64,000 nt of DNA from Eledone cirrhosa (GCA_964016885.1 OZ024742.1:177444001-177508000), one strand, 5' to 3'. Counted from the first letter of the stretch, positions 25,968-39,679 are shown. Notes: generated by a model not told the origin, from the sequence alone. A program made the numbers and translations.

Positions 25968-27074
25968 CACATCATAGATATTATCCACTAAATCAAGTCG
26001 GGAGGGTGAAGTAGCATGTCTGTATGTACTCTGCCTAAAACCTTTGTTGAAGAAAATAGATCATGTTACCAAGTCATACAGGTTTGCGAGTGGTGGCTTA
26101 GTAAATATGAATTCTGAACACTTTTGCCGTCGAGATCTCGGTCGTCCCTAGACACCGCATTGTTGTTGTTGTTTTCCCCTGTAAAAACAGAAAGCCATTA
26201 GCCCGTCTGAGGAAGGAATCCCTGAGGTGGGGTGACTGCTGCAGTGGATGTCGCTTGCCAGTCTTCACAGCAATGCCTGTATCCCTTTCTCAACATGTCA
26301 CAGCTGAAATATACCGTTCACAGAGGGTGTAAATTCTGTCGCTCCTTTCCCAGTTTCTCTTTTCTTTCGTTGCTTAATTTCTTTTTTCTTTTACTTTTTC
26401 TTCTTTATTCTTTTCGTTTCCCGATTGCCATTTATATTACACAGTTTTTATCACAGCTAGTAAATAAAACTTTAGAAATATGCTTTCAATTATTAATACA
26501 TATTTTATGAGACAGCGATTTGGCAAAGTCGTTTTAGAAGGCCGATAAATTGTCAAATATTCACTCAGGTTGTCTATCAATTTTTCGAATATCTATCTAA
26601 CAATTGGCTTGAACGACACAGGTGTTTGAAGGACGCAATCTGGTTTTAAATTTAATGTAAAAAGTATACACACCCACACACAAATGACCATAATAAAGTC
26701 GATCCCCATAAATAATAATTGTGAAAATCAGGTAGAGAGGAAAAAAACGTGGACGCAGTTCCTGTCTAGATTTTCCGTCTCTCTGAGTGCTTCACCCTAT
26801 ATTCTTAGTTATTGTTTATAGTGATTGACTATTATTATGGTTATTTGCTTTGGGACCCACAGATTTCAAAATTTAAATTGTTCCTAATACTTTGATTAAG
26901 TTAAACTGTGAAGCCGGAGCTTAGGATTATTTCATTGACGTTGAGCGACAGCGAATACAAAACATTTCTACTGGACATGACACCAGGCCACCGTGTAGCT
27001 ATCTCCAGCTGCTGCTCATATGCATGTTCAGCTGAGCTAGCAGGAACAACGTAAAATGTCTTTTACTCTAAATC

Positions 27075-27510
27075 ATAAAGTCATGAATTCGATTCCCGGT
27101 GGCACATTCTGTCGGTAAGCAGGACACTGTATTTCATGTTCTTCTGGTCCACTCAGCTGGTAAAAAGTAGGTGTACCTGTAAATACAAGGGCTGGGTAGT
27201 CACTCCACGTATCATATTGAATCTGCTTGAGTACTACATTAAAGATGCACATGGCTGTAGAAGAGTCGGCACATGCTTTATGAATAAGATTTGGATGGGG
27301 GCGGAAAACTGTTTAGAAACCTGTCTGATTGACTGTATCGCCAATCGAAAAAGACAGGCTCGTCACATATGCTGTGAAACGCATATTTTCCTTAGTTATA
27401 CTGAGGCTACACGTGTCTGTGAATCTCTCAGTCGCCTGTTAACTTCACCAGCAGGTTATTCCGCTGTTTCAAACAATCAGAACACTCCTCCTCGTAAATG
27501 ACGGAAGTCC
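27075..27510 (+). mobile_element. Old tRNA/CORE-like SINE family copies (relatives at ~33808-34140 and ~56520-56830)
   Basis: B-box-like TTCGATTCC, CORE-like GCAGGACACT, shared tail GAATCTCCCTGAG..TACACGTGTCTGTGGA.. Confidence 0.5.
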
Positions 27511-27875
27511 AATACATATATATATAGTAGAAAAGAATTCAACCCTCAAACCCCAAACACAACTCCTCGCCGTTTATGTCGGATTGCAAATGAATTGAAA
27601 ATGACGTGTAATTGAAACTTCTTCATTAGATTCGTTTAATGAAAATATATTGTTAACCAATTCAATTATATCCATGAATTGCAAGTCAATTAAACGCCCA
27701 AATTTATTCTTACACTTCCATTAGACTGAAAGTAATTATTGAAATGCGGGTAACTCCATCAAGCAAAGGACTTGATTAAAGATTATCAATAAATAACGAC
27801 AGATAGTTTGGCATTATTTTGTTTTTTGGCTTGTTTTTTCTGCTTTATCTTTTGTTCCTATTTTCCCTTTTATTT

Positions 27876-28033
27876 TCTTCTTCTTCTTCTTCTTCTTCTT
27901 CTTCTTCTTCTTCTTCTTCTTCTTCTTCTTCTTCTTCTTCTTCTTCTTCTTCTTCTTCTTCTTCTTCTTCTTCTTCTTCTTCTTCTTCTTCTTCTTCTTC
28001 TTCTTCTTCTTCTTCTTCTTCTTCTTCTTCTTC
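27876..28033. repeat. Pure (CTT)n microsatellite
   Basis: Direct reading. Confidence 0.98.
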
Positions 28034-28414
28034 TGCCTTCTTTCACAATACATCCCAAAGCAGCAACTGAAAACAAGGTTTACTAGGAAGTATATTGGCC
28101 ATGTAAGAACATGGCGTGGAAGCAACCAGGAAAGCGGCATTTGGCTGCATATAGTTCATATATCAACACAATTTCTAACAACATCCATATACTATTTAAG
28201 CCCTTCTGGAAGTGTCACATCATCGTAAGTACAGAATGATATGACATGAGACATTTTGTACAAGACAAACATTATCAGCTGTTGCTCTTGTGGTGGCAAT
28301 AGTCACTTGAGACTTTATGGCCGAAGGAAGTATGCATGCATGAGGGAGAGCTGGAGAGAAATTCCACAGCCGTCAAAAATCAAACTATTATTAGCTAATT
28401 TGTCCAGAGGACTT

Positions 28415-29040
28415 TAAGTCCAAGGTCCATGGAGCACCTCTAGAAATCCGTAGGCTGTCAGTGCTACAGAAAAGCTTTGCCAGTTCGAGCTAAACTCTAC
28501 AGGCATAACTGTGCCATCAGTTGCCACTGTACGAGATTCGCGCAGGGCGACGACACCGTCCAACACGCAATCGTCGGTTATCCGAGTTTTACGTCGAACA
28601 CCTACTTTAACATGGGGAACGGATCCGACTATCACCTGAGTGCAATTTGAAGATCATCCCGCCGTCTTCCTTTAGCTGGAAAGCCAGGCAGTTCTTATCT
28701 GCATGGTGGCCATGTCGAATGAGGTCTTTTGGTGGACACGTTTGAAAGTTTTAAAGACAAGCACTTCTCCCTTCAGTGAAGCCCTGATTACCTTTTTCAG
28801 GTTTTGCATGTAGAGAAAAATCAGATTGTTGAAAGGTGAGTGAGAGAGGCGAGCAAGGTCCGAGTGAATTGGCATGATCTAAGTAAGCGCGTGCAAATTG
28901 GAGGATGACAACTGAGAGAGGGCATTTGCTCTAGCTGTCAAAGGTACCGTAGTTTTGGGGGGGCTTTTTCCACGAGTGACCTCGCGAGGTATCCCCAGCT
29001 TTAGGGAATTTGTTGTTTGATTTGTTTAAATGTATATTTT
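28415..29040 (+). mobile_element. Old 3' fragment of an L1/Tx1 LINE related to 9420-11615
   Basis: QCYRKALPVRAKLYRH and AVLICMVAMSNEVFWWTRLK match QCYRGALPVRDKLNRH and AVFLCVMAMVKEVIWWTRLK of the first copy. Confidence 0.7.
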
Positions 29041-29059
29041 TTCAGACTTTGTTATAAAG

Positions 29060-29500
29060 CTTTCTTTTACACACCAAACGAAACTGTAGTGTCCTGTACT
29101 GTCTTTATGTTCGCCTTTCAGTGGCATGCTTCTAATCAGCGTCTTTAGGTCATGTCCATGATACTTTTTAATCCCTAATATCCTATGTATTTCATTCAAA
29201 CTGCCCGCACATTCTCATTTCCAGATCTTTTCTCTTCAACGTTTTGCTTAAGCTCTTCCTTACCAATCACTTCATTTGCATTTATACCCATATCTTATGC
29301 TGGAAATTGCAGCAACCCCTCGTCACTGCTTACCAAATATTCTGCAATTGTTCTTCTTTTACTCCTTATAAAATCATCTACACTGATCAGATCTCTACTA
29401 CCATTCATTCTCTCCGTAATTTTATTTTGCGGGCATGGACAAACCGCATCGGCTTATCCAGCTTGTATTTCGATAGAATATTCTGTAGAAAAGTAGTAAG
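29060..29500 (-). mobile_element. Highly degraded R4/Dong-like LINE fragment
   Basis: Minus-strand NGSRDLISVDDFI resembles EGGRGLISIEDCV at ~49860. Confidence 0.4.
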
Positions 29501-29551
29501 ACTAGCATAGTATGTTCACAATTCAACGGAGTCGACTACTACTACTACTAA

Positions 29552-29613
<62 letters not shown>

Positions 29614-29869
29614 TTTCACTTCGTGTATCTGTAGAAGCGGTGACGTTGGTACATAATCAATAGCCGGCCTATAAGATATTTACTGAACAGAAGGAGACCT
29701 GTTGAAAGGGTGTCTGTATAGATTAAATAATTCTCTGGAACATCTTAATAGTCGATATCCGGTCATTGCGTTCGTAATATATATCACTAAAGATATAAAA
29801 TAGCCACGAAGTAAGTCTTAATTGTTAATGTAAGTACTGTATGTATATATATATATATATATATATATA

Positions 29870-31735
29870 GTGAAAAATGGAACGGGAACAAAACAGAGAG
29901 GCAGTACGAACAAATGTTTATTAGTTTCACGCTCTTGAGAGTGGGGTGAGGGGAGCGACGTTTCGGGTATAACCCCTTCTTCAGGCGAAAAGTGGGTGGG
30001 AAGAGAGTTCCGAGGGTGTGTAGGGGAGTGGAGGAGAGACATTTAGAAAAAAAGGGGGCGGGGAAAACGGTATAAGGGGTGTAAATAAAAATAGAAAAAA
30101 TAAAAATAAAAATAAACATGAAGATAAACAAGTGGTAGAGGGATGTGGGGCGTGTAGGGGTGGTGGCGAGTGGAGTGGAGAGAGGGGGCGGGGTGTCCGA
30201 GCGGGGCGGGCTGAAGGTGATGAATGTGTGTAGGTGTACGTGTGTGTCTGGTGTGTATGTATGTGAATGTGAGAGTTGGGGGAAGAACGAGGTTCCATGT
30301 ACAGGAAAAGGTGTGTGTGTGGGGTGGGGGTAGGTCGGTGTGTGTGTGCGCATGTGGATGGGAAGGGGTCAGGGGGGGGTCCGGATGGGGGGTCCGGAGG
30401 GGGAGTGTGTATATATGTGGGGGTACGCACGTGTGTGTGGTATTTATACGTTTTGTGGATGTAGGTGGCGTGGTTCGAAAAAGATTTTTTGTAAGTGTAT
30501 GTCCGTGGGTAAGTTCCTATGGTAGTTCCGTAGAGGGTGTGGTGAGTTGCCGGATATTTTCCATGTCATGGAGTGGATAGTGGGAACGATGGCCAATGGT
30601 GTGTAATCCCTGGTTGTGTTGGTCGGAAGAGGGGAGATGTGGGGTGCAGGTGGAGAAAGTCAGTGAGTCAGTGTCTGCGGAGGTGCGGTGGACAGGGGAG
30701 AGGATGGGTAGGTGTGAAAGGTGGAGTGGGGAGGGGGTCGTGCGGGGGGATGGAGTGTGTATTAGTAGAAGTGTTAGTGGGATGTGTGTGTGTGTGTGTG
30801 AAGGGGTGTGGGTGGATCGGGGAGAGAGAGAGAAAGGTGTGAGGGACGATGGACGGGGTGTAGTGTACTGGTGTGTGTGTGTCCGTGTTTGTATGAGTGT
30901 GTGTGTGGTGAAGGGGGTGTTAGTGGGTGTTAGTTTACTGGTGGTGGAGAAAGGGTTGAGTGTGGGTGTGTTCGTGGGGGTCAGTGGCGGTAGGGTGTGT
31001 AGTGTGGGTGGTGTAAGTGGGTGTGGGTGGGTAGGTGAGTTCGTGTGCGTGGGGTCGGGGGCATGTTAGTGGTATTAGTTGTGGGGTGGTGGGAGTGGAT
31101 ATGTGGGTGAGGGTTAGTGGTGGCAGTAGGGTGTGTGGATAGTGTGAGTGCGTGTATATGTACCGGTGGGTGTGTGCGTGATAGGGGAGGTGGAGGGGAT
31201 GTTAGTATTGTTAGTTGTGGGGTGAGCCAAGGGGCGGGCGGTGAAAAGGAGGAGTGTGTTAGTGGTGTTAGTGGGGGATATGTGTGTGTAAGGGGGAACC
31301 GGCTTGTCGAAGGCTAAAGGAATGGGTGGGCAGTTCAGGCCGGGGGAATGTGGGTATGTAGGGTGAAAATGGTGTGTTGTTCGACCCTGAGACGGGTGGC
31401 GGGTGTCCGTGGCAGTGGAGTAGGCCACAGACGGTGAGGTGGTGCGCGGAATGTCCAGGGGCACCAAAGTGGCGGGCGATGGGGGAACTCCCGCCGAGAC
31501 GTATATCCCGGAGATGTTCGGTGAAACGGTCGACCAGTCTGTCTGAAGTCTATGGACTAGGTTGGACGAGGTGCAGCGGAAGGCGTGCCGGACAGAGAGA
31601 GAGTGGCCGTTGGGACCCTGGAAGGTGGTGGTGTTGGTGAAGTGGGAGCACGTGTTGCAACGAGACCTGGAACAGGGAAGGGATCCGGGGGGGGGCTGCG
31701 GACGAGGAGGGGGGGAGATTGCGTGCGCGTTTCAA
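29870..31735 (-). mobile_element. Penelope-like (Neptune-type) 3' remnant: GIY-YIG fragment, long C/A-rich 3' UTR and hammerhead
   Basis: Minus strand ~31680-31330 reads CSRSRCNTCSHFTNTTTFQGPNG..FRCTSSNLV..RLVDRFTEHLRDIR..PIARHF..HSAHHLTVCGLLHC, with the YIG segment deleted. The 3' end abuts (TA)n. Confidence 0.75.
29954..29987 (-). ncRNA. Ultra-minimal hammerhead motif of the PLE
   Basis: Minus strand: GC-CUGAAGA-AGGGG-UUAUA-CCC-GAAAC-GUC-GC; palindromic ACGU replaces stem III. Confidence 0.7.
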
Positions 31736-31749
31736 GGAGGGGATATATA

Positions 31750-32282
31750 TAAAGATTTTCGCTCTACATGTCTGAATAAAATAAATGTAATTTGAGTTTT
31801 TCGAATATTAATAACATTCGATTCGTTTACAATTATGCAAACAAGCCTCATTTTTAAAGCCATGTCAGTAGAATGAACCATTCTTTCTTGATCTTTTGTT
31901 GGCATGTAAACAGAACTGCGGACACTAATATTTCTGGGTATCACCCCCCATCAGTACAGCTCACTGTTCACCTGCCAACTGTCAGAGCTAGTGAAAATAT
32001 ATGCTATTTTCTAAAATATACAGTGACTGATCGGCCAGATTTGCATATTAGCAGACTCGCCGATCAGTCACATCTGCATATTAGAAGATCCACTGATCAA
32101 CCAGATTTGCATATCAACAGCCTGGCCAGTCAGTTTCCTGTATACAAGCGATAAATGGCCGGCTTTGCCACATTCAAAATAAAAAAAAAGATTTTCGCTC
32201 TACATGGCTGAATACAATAAATGTAATCTGAGTTTTTCGAATGTTATTATTAATATTCGAAAATCTCAGATTACATTTATTA
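31750..32282. repeat. ~75-bp direct repeat (31750-31822 and 32186-32260); the second copy continues into a hairpin (to 32282)
   Basis: AAAGATTTTCGCTCTACATG.CTGAATA.AATAAATGTAAT.TGAGTTTTTCGAAT occurs twice. Confidence 0.8.
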
Positions 32283-32479
32283 TATATGCTTACGCACGTG
32301 CTCAAGCATAGCTCTTTTTACAAAACGGTTTTTTTTTTCATTTCAGGTAGACGCGTGCCATCATCCACTTTTCAAAAAAAAACAAATCATACACAAAACG
32401 CCAGCACCAACAGTTGTGCAAGAGATGTCAACATCAATGGACCTATTATTTGTATCTAAAGACATTTTTCCCAATTCCC

Positions 32480-32736
<257 letters not shown>

Positions 32737-34420
32737 GCGCTAGCAGGCGAAGGGTATTACAAAGTTGTATGTGTATAAATACAAAGTGCATAACCGAGAC
32801 TGCATCAACTTGTATAAATATATAAATATATCTAATATGTAGGAATGTAAACATGCCAGAAAACAGGAATTTCCCTCTAAAAACAATAAATATTTTAAAT
32901 CGATTTTCAAATCTTATTGGGCGTTCATCAGAAGGGTTTTACATATATCCACTAAAACGAAATGAAACATGTATTTGATGAGTATAGATATACATTCGTT
33001 CTTAGCATTATTGTGAAATGGACGTAATAATTTGCATATAATTAGCGATCGTGTTGGTAATTAATATATATTGTAAGTGCGCTAACTGCCGAAGTGGATG
33101 ATAAGGTTATATCTGTATAACAAAGTGTGAACCGTGACAGTACCAACGTGTATAAATATATACACATATCTAATATGGTGGCATGTAATCTTGCTAACAT
33201 ATACGAATTTCCTTGTATATATTATGTGCACATATAATTAGAATTGATATTATAAGCAGCTAAATCATTATAAATGTTAAAATTAACGTTAACCGTCTTT
33301 TCATTTGTGTCTTCAATTTAATTGGGTTATTACTCTCTTGGCTTGACCACACTAAAGGAGTAATATAGATACACAAAATACTGTAGATGACTTATTTAAT
33401 TGTTAGTCTTACACAACCTGTGATTACATTTTATTGTACATGTAGTTGTTCTCCTTATGTAACCTTTCAGCTATTCATTTCATTTCACTGTCATAAGTAT
33501 GGGAAATGGACAGTACTAATTTCTGTCATATAAGTAGGGGAAATGAGTATGCTAATAATATTTGGTATCAAATAGTACTAAGCTTTCTACCGTCTCGGTT
33601 AAAATGACGGATAATAACAGCAACATATATAAATTATGTGATATATATTTATTTCCTTAGCTAGAAAACTTAGCATTAATTTGATTCTATATAAAGAGTC
33701 TTATTGAAATAAGAATATTCGAAATATTTGAATGAGATTAAGTCGTAAATCAATTTTCTTCCTTAGACATATACATATTTTATAGTAAATGGTCACTTTG
33801 TAGCCATAGCATGGTCGAGTGGTTGAGAAGGTCGTTTCGAAGTCATTAAGTCCAAGCTTCGATCCATATTCGTGGTATCTTGAGCAAATATTATTCATCA
33901 TATCTTTGGATCGGCCCATGAAATGGAAAAACGGAAATGTCGGGAAACCTGCAGAATTTAAAGTGTTGGTAAGTGAGAGGGCCTATCTTATCACATATAA
34001 TGTGTCCTGCAGAATCTCCCTGAGTATTCTGTCAAGTGTACACATCTCTATGTAAGGCTCAACTCCTTAATTTCATGACCAGGCTGTTCTGTTGATCGAA
34101 AAGGTGGAACGTTTATCGCCGAAAGCCACGAATGTCCCTTCCAGGTAAATTTTAGTTGAATTATAAGATGTAATGAGGTGTCACCCGTGGGTAACGAAAC
34201 AAATAAACAGAGAATATAAACATTTGCCATTAATTATTAACTGTTTGGGTGTTTAGACTATTTTCACTCATAGAGTTCCAATACACGAAACACGCTTACA
34301 CTATTTTAGCTATAAAGAATATTAAACTGAAACGTTGTCTTTAATCCTTTCGAGGTCAATAAAAAAGTATCAGTCAAATACTGGGTCGTTTTTTCCTCTT
34401 TATTTATTTCTCACTTCTCC

Positions 34421-34498
<78 letters not shown>

Positions 34499-35692
34499 TT
34501 CGACGGAAGAAACGGGCTGTGGTCAGACCTGGAGAGGAAATGGGATCCGCCAGATCCAAGAAACGCTCTATGAGAGTACGACACTCCTACCTTTCTTCAA
34601 AGAAGTACTGGCTTATACATACGTAGTCGACCGACTGAACTGAGCACATCCTTTGATGTTTTAAATTAAATACTTTTTCATTTCAACAGGCTCATCAAAC
34701 ATAGTCTCATTGGTGTTTACTTGGTAATAATGACTGAGAGCACAGGAGTCCCTTATGGGATAGACGCAAGTTCCTCAATGTGTAACCACCAGCTATTGTT
34801 GCTTGTAATCATTTGTTCCCAGCTGAATAGACGAGGGCAATGTGAAATTGAGAGTCTTACACAGCGACACAATGTACAACCCTTTCCGAAATGAAACATT
34901 ACAATTATGAGTCCAATACCCTACACCCTCGACCGTGCACTTTCATCATCCTTGTTATTAATGAACTAGTAAATACACTGCATGTATATTATAAATATTG
35001 CTAACAGCCATGGGTTTATATTTCAGGCGTTAGTGGTCAGACGAAGAGAGAACGATAAAATAAAATCGTGGTCAGACTTATAACAATTAGTTGAGCGTTC
35101 GATATTTCTGAGTAAATCCCTCGAGGTTATGTTACATTATGGTAGTCGTCAAATGCTTGAAAGCAATGAAAAAGTAAAATAATAAGACGTTCATCAAATT
35201 AGGTCCAGTGAACTTCAGTTTCTAGCAAATTACCACTTTTCCACCTGAGATGATATTACCAACACCCTAATACAGAACATAATATATACATTAAAATGTT
35301 TGACGTATTACTATTATTCTATCTTTTTCGATCTATGGAATAGACTGATTTCTTTTCTATCAAGAGACAACGCTATAATGAGTAGAATGACATTGCTTTG
35401 TCTCAAATACGTAGCGATTCAAAATCCATGAAGATTAACATCATTGTATTGAACATGTGTTTGTACAACAGGCTACTGGAGCAATCAGTAAATTAATAAA
35501 ATACCCGAATTTCTTGTCGCATTAATGAGATGTATACGGTCATTTAGTTAAGTAAATATTTCTAATGATCCTGCGTTTATAGAAACAGAATATACATACA
35601 CACACACACACAAACACATACATGTATCTGTGTGTATATATATATATATATAAGAAATAGGATTTCGCTTCAAGCATAGCTTTATACAATAT

Positions 35693-36022
35693 GTATAGAA
35701 ATTTCGTATTTCGAAAGAAATACGATTTTAGGTAGCCGTAGCTATGCGAACACCAGGGGGCTAACGCCTTCTGGTGTTGTCCAGCAGAAGCAAGGGGTAC
35801 AACCGTCTATGCATTTCGAGCTTGACTGGCCATCGTCAGGAAGATCCCTCCCACTGCTCTGCGACTGCTGGACTTGAAAACAGCTGAGAATATATTTAGA
35901 CATGCATAGACGGTTGTCCCCCTTGCTTCTGCTGGACAACACCAGAGGGCGTTAGCTCCCCAGTCTTCGCATAGCTACGGCTTCCTAAAATCGTATTTAT
36001 TTCGAAATACGAAATTACTATA
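35693..36022. repeat. Fold-back element with ~120-bp arms
   Basis: 35693-35814 is inverted to 35902-36022. Confidence 0.88.
35803..35844 (-). ncRNA. Minimal type-I hammerhead motif
   Basis: Minus strand: UCUUC-CUGACGA-UGGC-CAGUCAA-GCUC-GAAA-UGCA-UA-GACGG; palindromic AUGCAU. Confidence 0.65.
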
Positions 36023-36125
36023 TATATATATATATATATATACGTTATTCCGGGTTGAATCGGAGGTAACCACAGTAAGTAAGGTACTCAATACATAGCA
36101 GAGTATAAAGGTTTTAATATAGATG

Positions 36126-36175
36126 AGATTCTACAGGACTAGAACTGTTTCATTCTTTAGATATCATCAGGAATC
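36126..36175 (-). ncRNA. Type-I hammerhead motif
   Basis: GAUUC-CUGAUGA-UAUC-UAAA-GAAU-GAAA-CAG-UUCUAGUC-CUG-UA-GAAUCU. Confidence 0.65.
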
Positions 36176-36224
36176 ATTCCTGATGATTTCTAAAGAATGA
36201 AACAGTTCTAGTCCTGTAGAATCT
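36176..36224 (+). ncRNA. Type-I hammerhead motif
   Basis: AUUC-CUGAUGA-UUUC-UAAA-GAAU-GAAA-CAG-UUCUAGUC-CUG-UA-GAAU. Confidence 0.7.
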
Positions 36225-36226
36225 CA

Positions 36227-36323
<97 letters not shown>

Positions 36324-36404
36324 TTATATAAATCAGGATGGATTCAATTTGAAACTTGTTAAACCATCACTCAAAAGATTACTCGATACATGGGCTATAA
36401 AGTG

Positions 36405-36501
36405 TCAGGACTCGATGGCTGAGCTCTTTCCGTTTCATCAGCTAATTCCTTTGTCTGGAACTAGCTGTTGAAACGGCAAGAGATCAGCTGTCGGGTCCCG
36501 A
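36405..36501. repeat. Older palindrome of the 21015 family
   Basis: 36405-36449 is inverted to 36457-36501; TACTCGATA at 36380. Confidence 0.7.
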
Positions 36502-36752
36502 CTGTTGTTAATATATATATATATAGTACTAATAATAAATGGGAAGACTAAAATCCGAAGACGGCTCGATAAGCAGCGATTCTTTGCTTAAAATTTAGTC
36601 TGTTATATATATATACATACACAGAGTTATCCACGGTAAGTTGTGGGGTCCAGTCTGCATGAAGAACTCAATATAATCAATATGTTGAAAATGTTGTAGG
36701 TTAAAATAAATCCCGGAAAACAATAAAAGATTAAAAGGAAAACAGAGTCACG

Positions 36753-37005
36753 ATATAAGTTAAAACAATGAAATAAAAAATCAAGTCATTTAGAAATATA
36801 CTTCACTGCTTTACGATCGTTTCTAGGTGATGATAATACATCGTAACTATACTTCGTTGTCGAACTATGTAATCTAATATTTCGTAACTAACCTTACATA
36901 GATCGACAACGATGTATAGTTACGATGTATTATCATCACCTAGAAACGATCGTAAAGCAGCGAAGTATATTTCTAATGACTTGATTTTTTATTTCCTTGT
37001 TTTAA

Positions 37006-37010
<5 letters not shown>
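36753..37010. repeat. Fold-back element with ~115-bp arms containing GAAACGATCGTA
   Basis: 36753-36870 is inverted to 36893-37010; ends in (TA)n. Confidence 0.85.
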
Positions 37011-37083
<73 letters not shown>

Positions 37084-37507
37084 TTGAGAGAGGGAAAAAA
37101 CAAGGCAGCAAGAAGCGAAAACTTTAGAATTTTAAACAACGTAAATTAAAAAGGGGTAAAATTGAAAAAAAAGATACATGATTGATAAAATATATGTACA
37201 AAAGCATGAGCAGTGAGTATACAGTGAAATTATTTATACCGAATAGAAAGAGAGAAAAAGATCTGACGTTTCGGATTTATCAGAATAGCGTATAGAAGAA
37301 AAGAATATGGAAAAAGGATATCTTTTGGAAAGGTTTCCGAACGATCCCAAGACGGAGGGAATATATACATTCAATACTACGATGGTGAGTGACAGAGGAC
37401 GATTAAGAGAGAGACCATGAAAGAGAGGGAGAGAAAGCGTCTGTGAGGGGTGGATAAAAAGAAATAGGGGAAGAACCAGCTTGAGTATTAAACTGGTGAA
37501 TTATTCT

Positions 37508-37720
37508 GCGGATTGGCAGAATCGGTAGAGCGTCGAACATGCTTCGCGGCAAAGAGTTACGGGCCTTCACGTTCTGTGTTCAAATCCCGCCGAGGTTAGC
37601 TTTGCCTTTTAACCTTATGGGGTGGATAAAATAAAGTACCAGTAATGCATCGGGGGTCGATTTAATCATCTCCCTCCCCTTCAAATTGCTGGCATTGTGC
37701 CTAAAGTAGAAACAATTATC
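37508..37720 (+). mobile_element. tRNA-derived SINE (longer variant), followed by an inverted partial copy at ~37730-37830
   Basis: GGATTGGCAGAATCGG, GTTCAAATCCCGCCGAGG, tail GCCTAAAGTAGAAACAATT. Confidence 0.8.
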
Positions 37721-39553
37721 TATTTACTTTGAAAGGATGAAAGGCTAAGCTAATCTCGGTGGGATTTGAATGCAGAGTGCATTAAAACAGAAAAATACCA
37801 TATTTTCTAACACATTTAATCCGTCACCTTGCAGACTCAGCCAATATTGAGACCGAACATGACTCAACATGACTGAAAGAGTTCACTTCGCATTAATTAG
37901 TTTCTGTGTTTGATTCTTCTTAGGCAAGTGTCATTTTCCACAGACTCGGGTCTATCCATGCATTGTGTTTGAAATTAATTAGACGAAAACTGGTTGCAAT
38001 CCTCTCAGATAGACTCTACCTGCAAATCAAAGGGTCAGTTATGTTAATCTTTATGTACATCATGCTGAATTCCCATGAAAATTCCGTTAAAGGTACAATT
38101 GACAGTGTAATTTTCGGTGAGTTGCAGATTAACTTCATGAACAAGCTATTCTGTTTGATTGAACAACTAGAATGATCATCGTCGAAACCGATGTAGTTTA
38201 TAGAGTAAATTAATTGATGTTTTGGGAAAGCTATCAGCGAAATGTATGGTTGAAGACTTTTATGTTCTTTGACATTGTGGATCAAATTAACGCATAAAAA
38301 ACTCACGAATTTATAATCCATAAAAAGCGATAAAAAGCAAACCAATGAACTCAATAAATACGCATATTTTTCGAACGGCAGTTAAAACTCGAAACTGACA
38401 AATCATTCTGGAAGTAATTGTCTCCAGATTATATCTAACGCCAAACATTTCAAATAAACTTGCCTACGGGAATTTTATTTTCTTTGGGAAGTTTGGTGTT
38501 ATGCCAGAAAGAATTTGCGCCAGCTTCAACAAAGTACACGTTTTGTTTTCATCGTCATCTTATATATAATAGCATTGATTTCACTTCTAGCAATTTTTAT
38601 TTAAACAGAAGGTCATGACGTTTATCATCTAGTTAACGCAGCACTTAAATTTAAATCACGGTGACCATTTCGTTTCAAGCAGTTTTTAATGTTTCTTTTC
38701 TCTATTCATGTTGAAAAATATATCGCCACTGCTGCACCACATCAGTGAAATATCAATGGGGTTAATGGCCGGAACAATTTCTTCCACCAGCGGATATTTC
38801 ATTCTCTTCAGAGCTGACACCACACATACACACACACGCACACACACGCACACGCACACACACACGCGCGCGCGTGCACACACACACACACACACACTCA
38901 CACACACACACACATAATGACATATTCAGATTAATACATGAAAATACACACTTGTAGAGGCATGCGTTAGAAATCAGTGACATGTCTAGACAGAGATACA
39001 GTGAAAACACGTCAACAACACATTCATCGACAATAAACATTCATAGCCATAAGCATGATCATATATATAGGATCAAGTACTCTTACAGAAAAGGCACCCA
39101 CACAGATAGAGACACACAAAAAAATACACACACAGATACATGCAGACTAACATACACACCAAGCAAGATACACGTACCTGTGTACTTTTCCCCCTCTACG
39201 CATTTTCTTCATCGTCTATACATTATTTATAGATGTGTAGATGCACCTCAAATAAGTGCATTAATTTATATCTACGTATATAAACTCAATATCTTTATGT
39301 TTAAGGCAAAACATTTGTTTAACATGACAGACAAATATCTATATATAGACAGGTACATACGTACACAGACATTGACAAACATATACACACGGACACATGC
39401 ATTCTGTCACGAAATATTAAGAGGAAATGAAGGAGAAAAAATACCTCTCAATACGTGACGTAGAAATAATTATTTGGAGATAAATTTATCGCAATCATTC
39501 ACTCCGATGTTCACCGTCGCAATATTCTAAGGCGTGTAACTCAGAGGGACGGC

Positions 39554-39679
<126 letters not shown>

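Larger units (their letters stand above)
36043..36232. mobile_element. Mini fold-back element with two back-to-back hammerheads
   Basis: Palindrome centred on GGAATCATTCC (36170-36180). 36043-36175 matches the reverse complement of ~53895-54028. Confidence 0.85.

Noticed and set aside
27808-28140. Poly-Leu/Ser/Lys/Arg ORFs
   Set aside because: Pure (CTT)n repeat.
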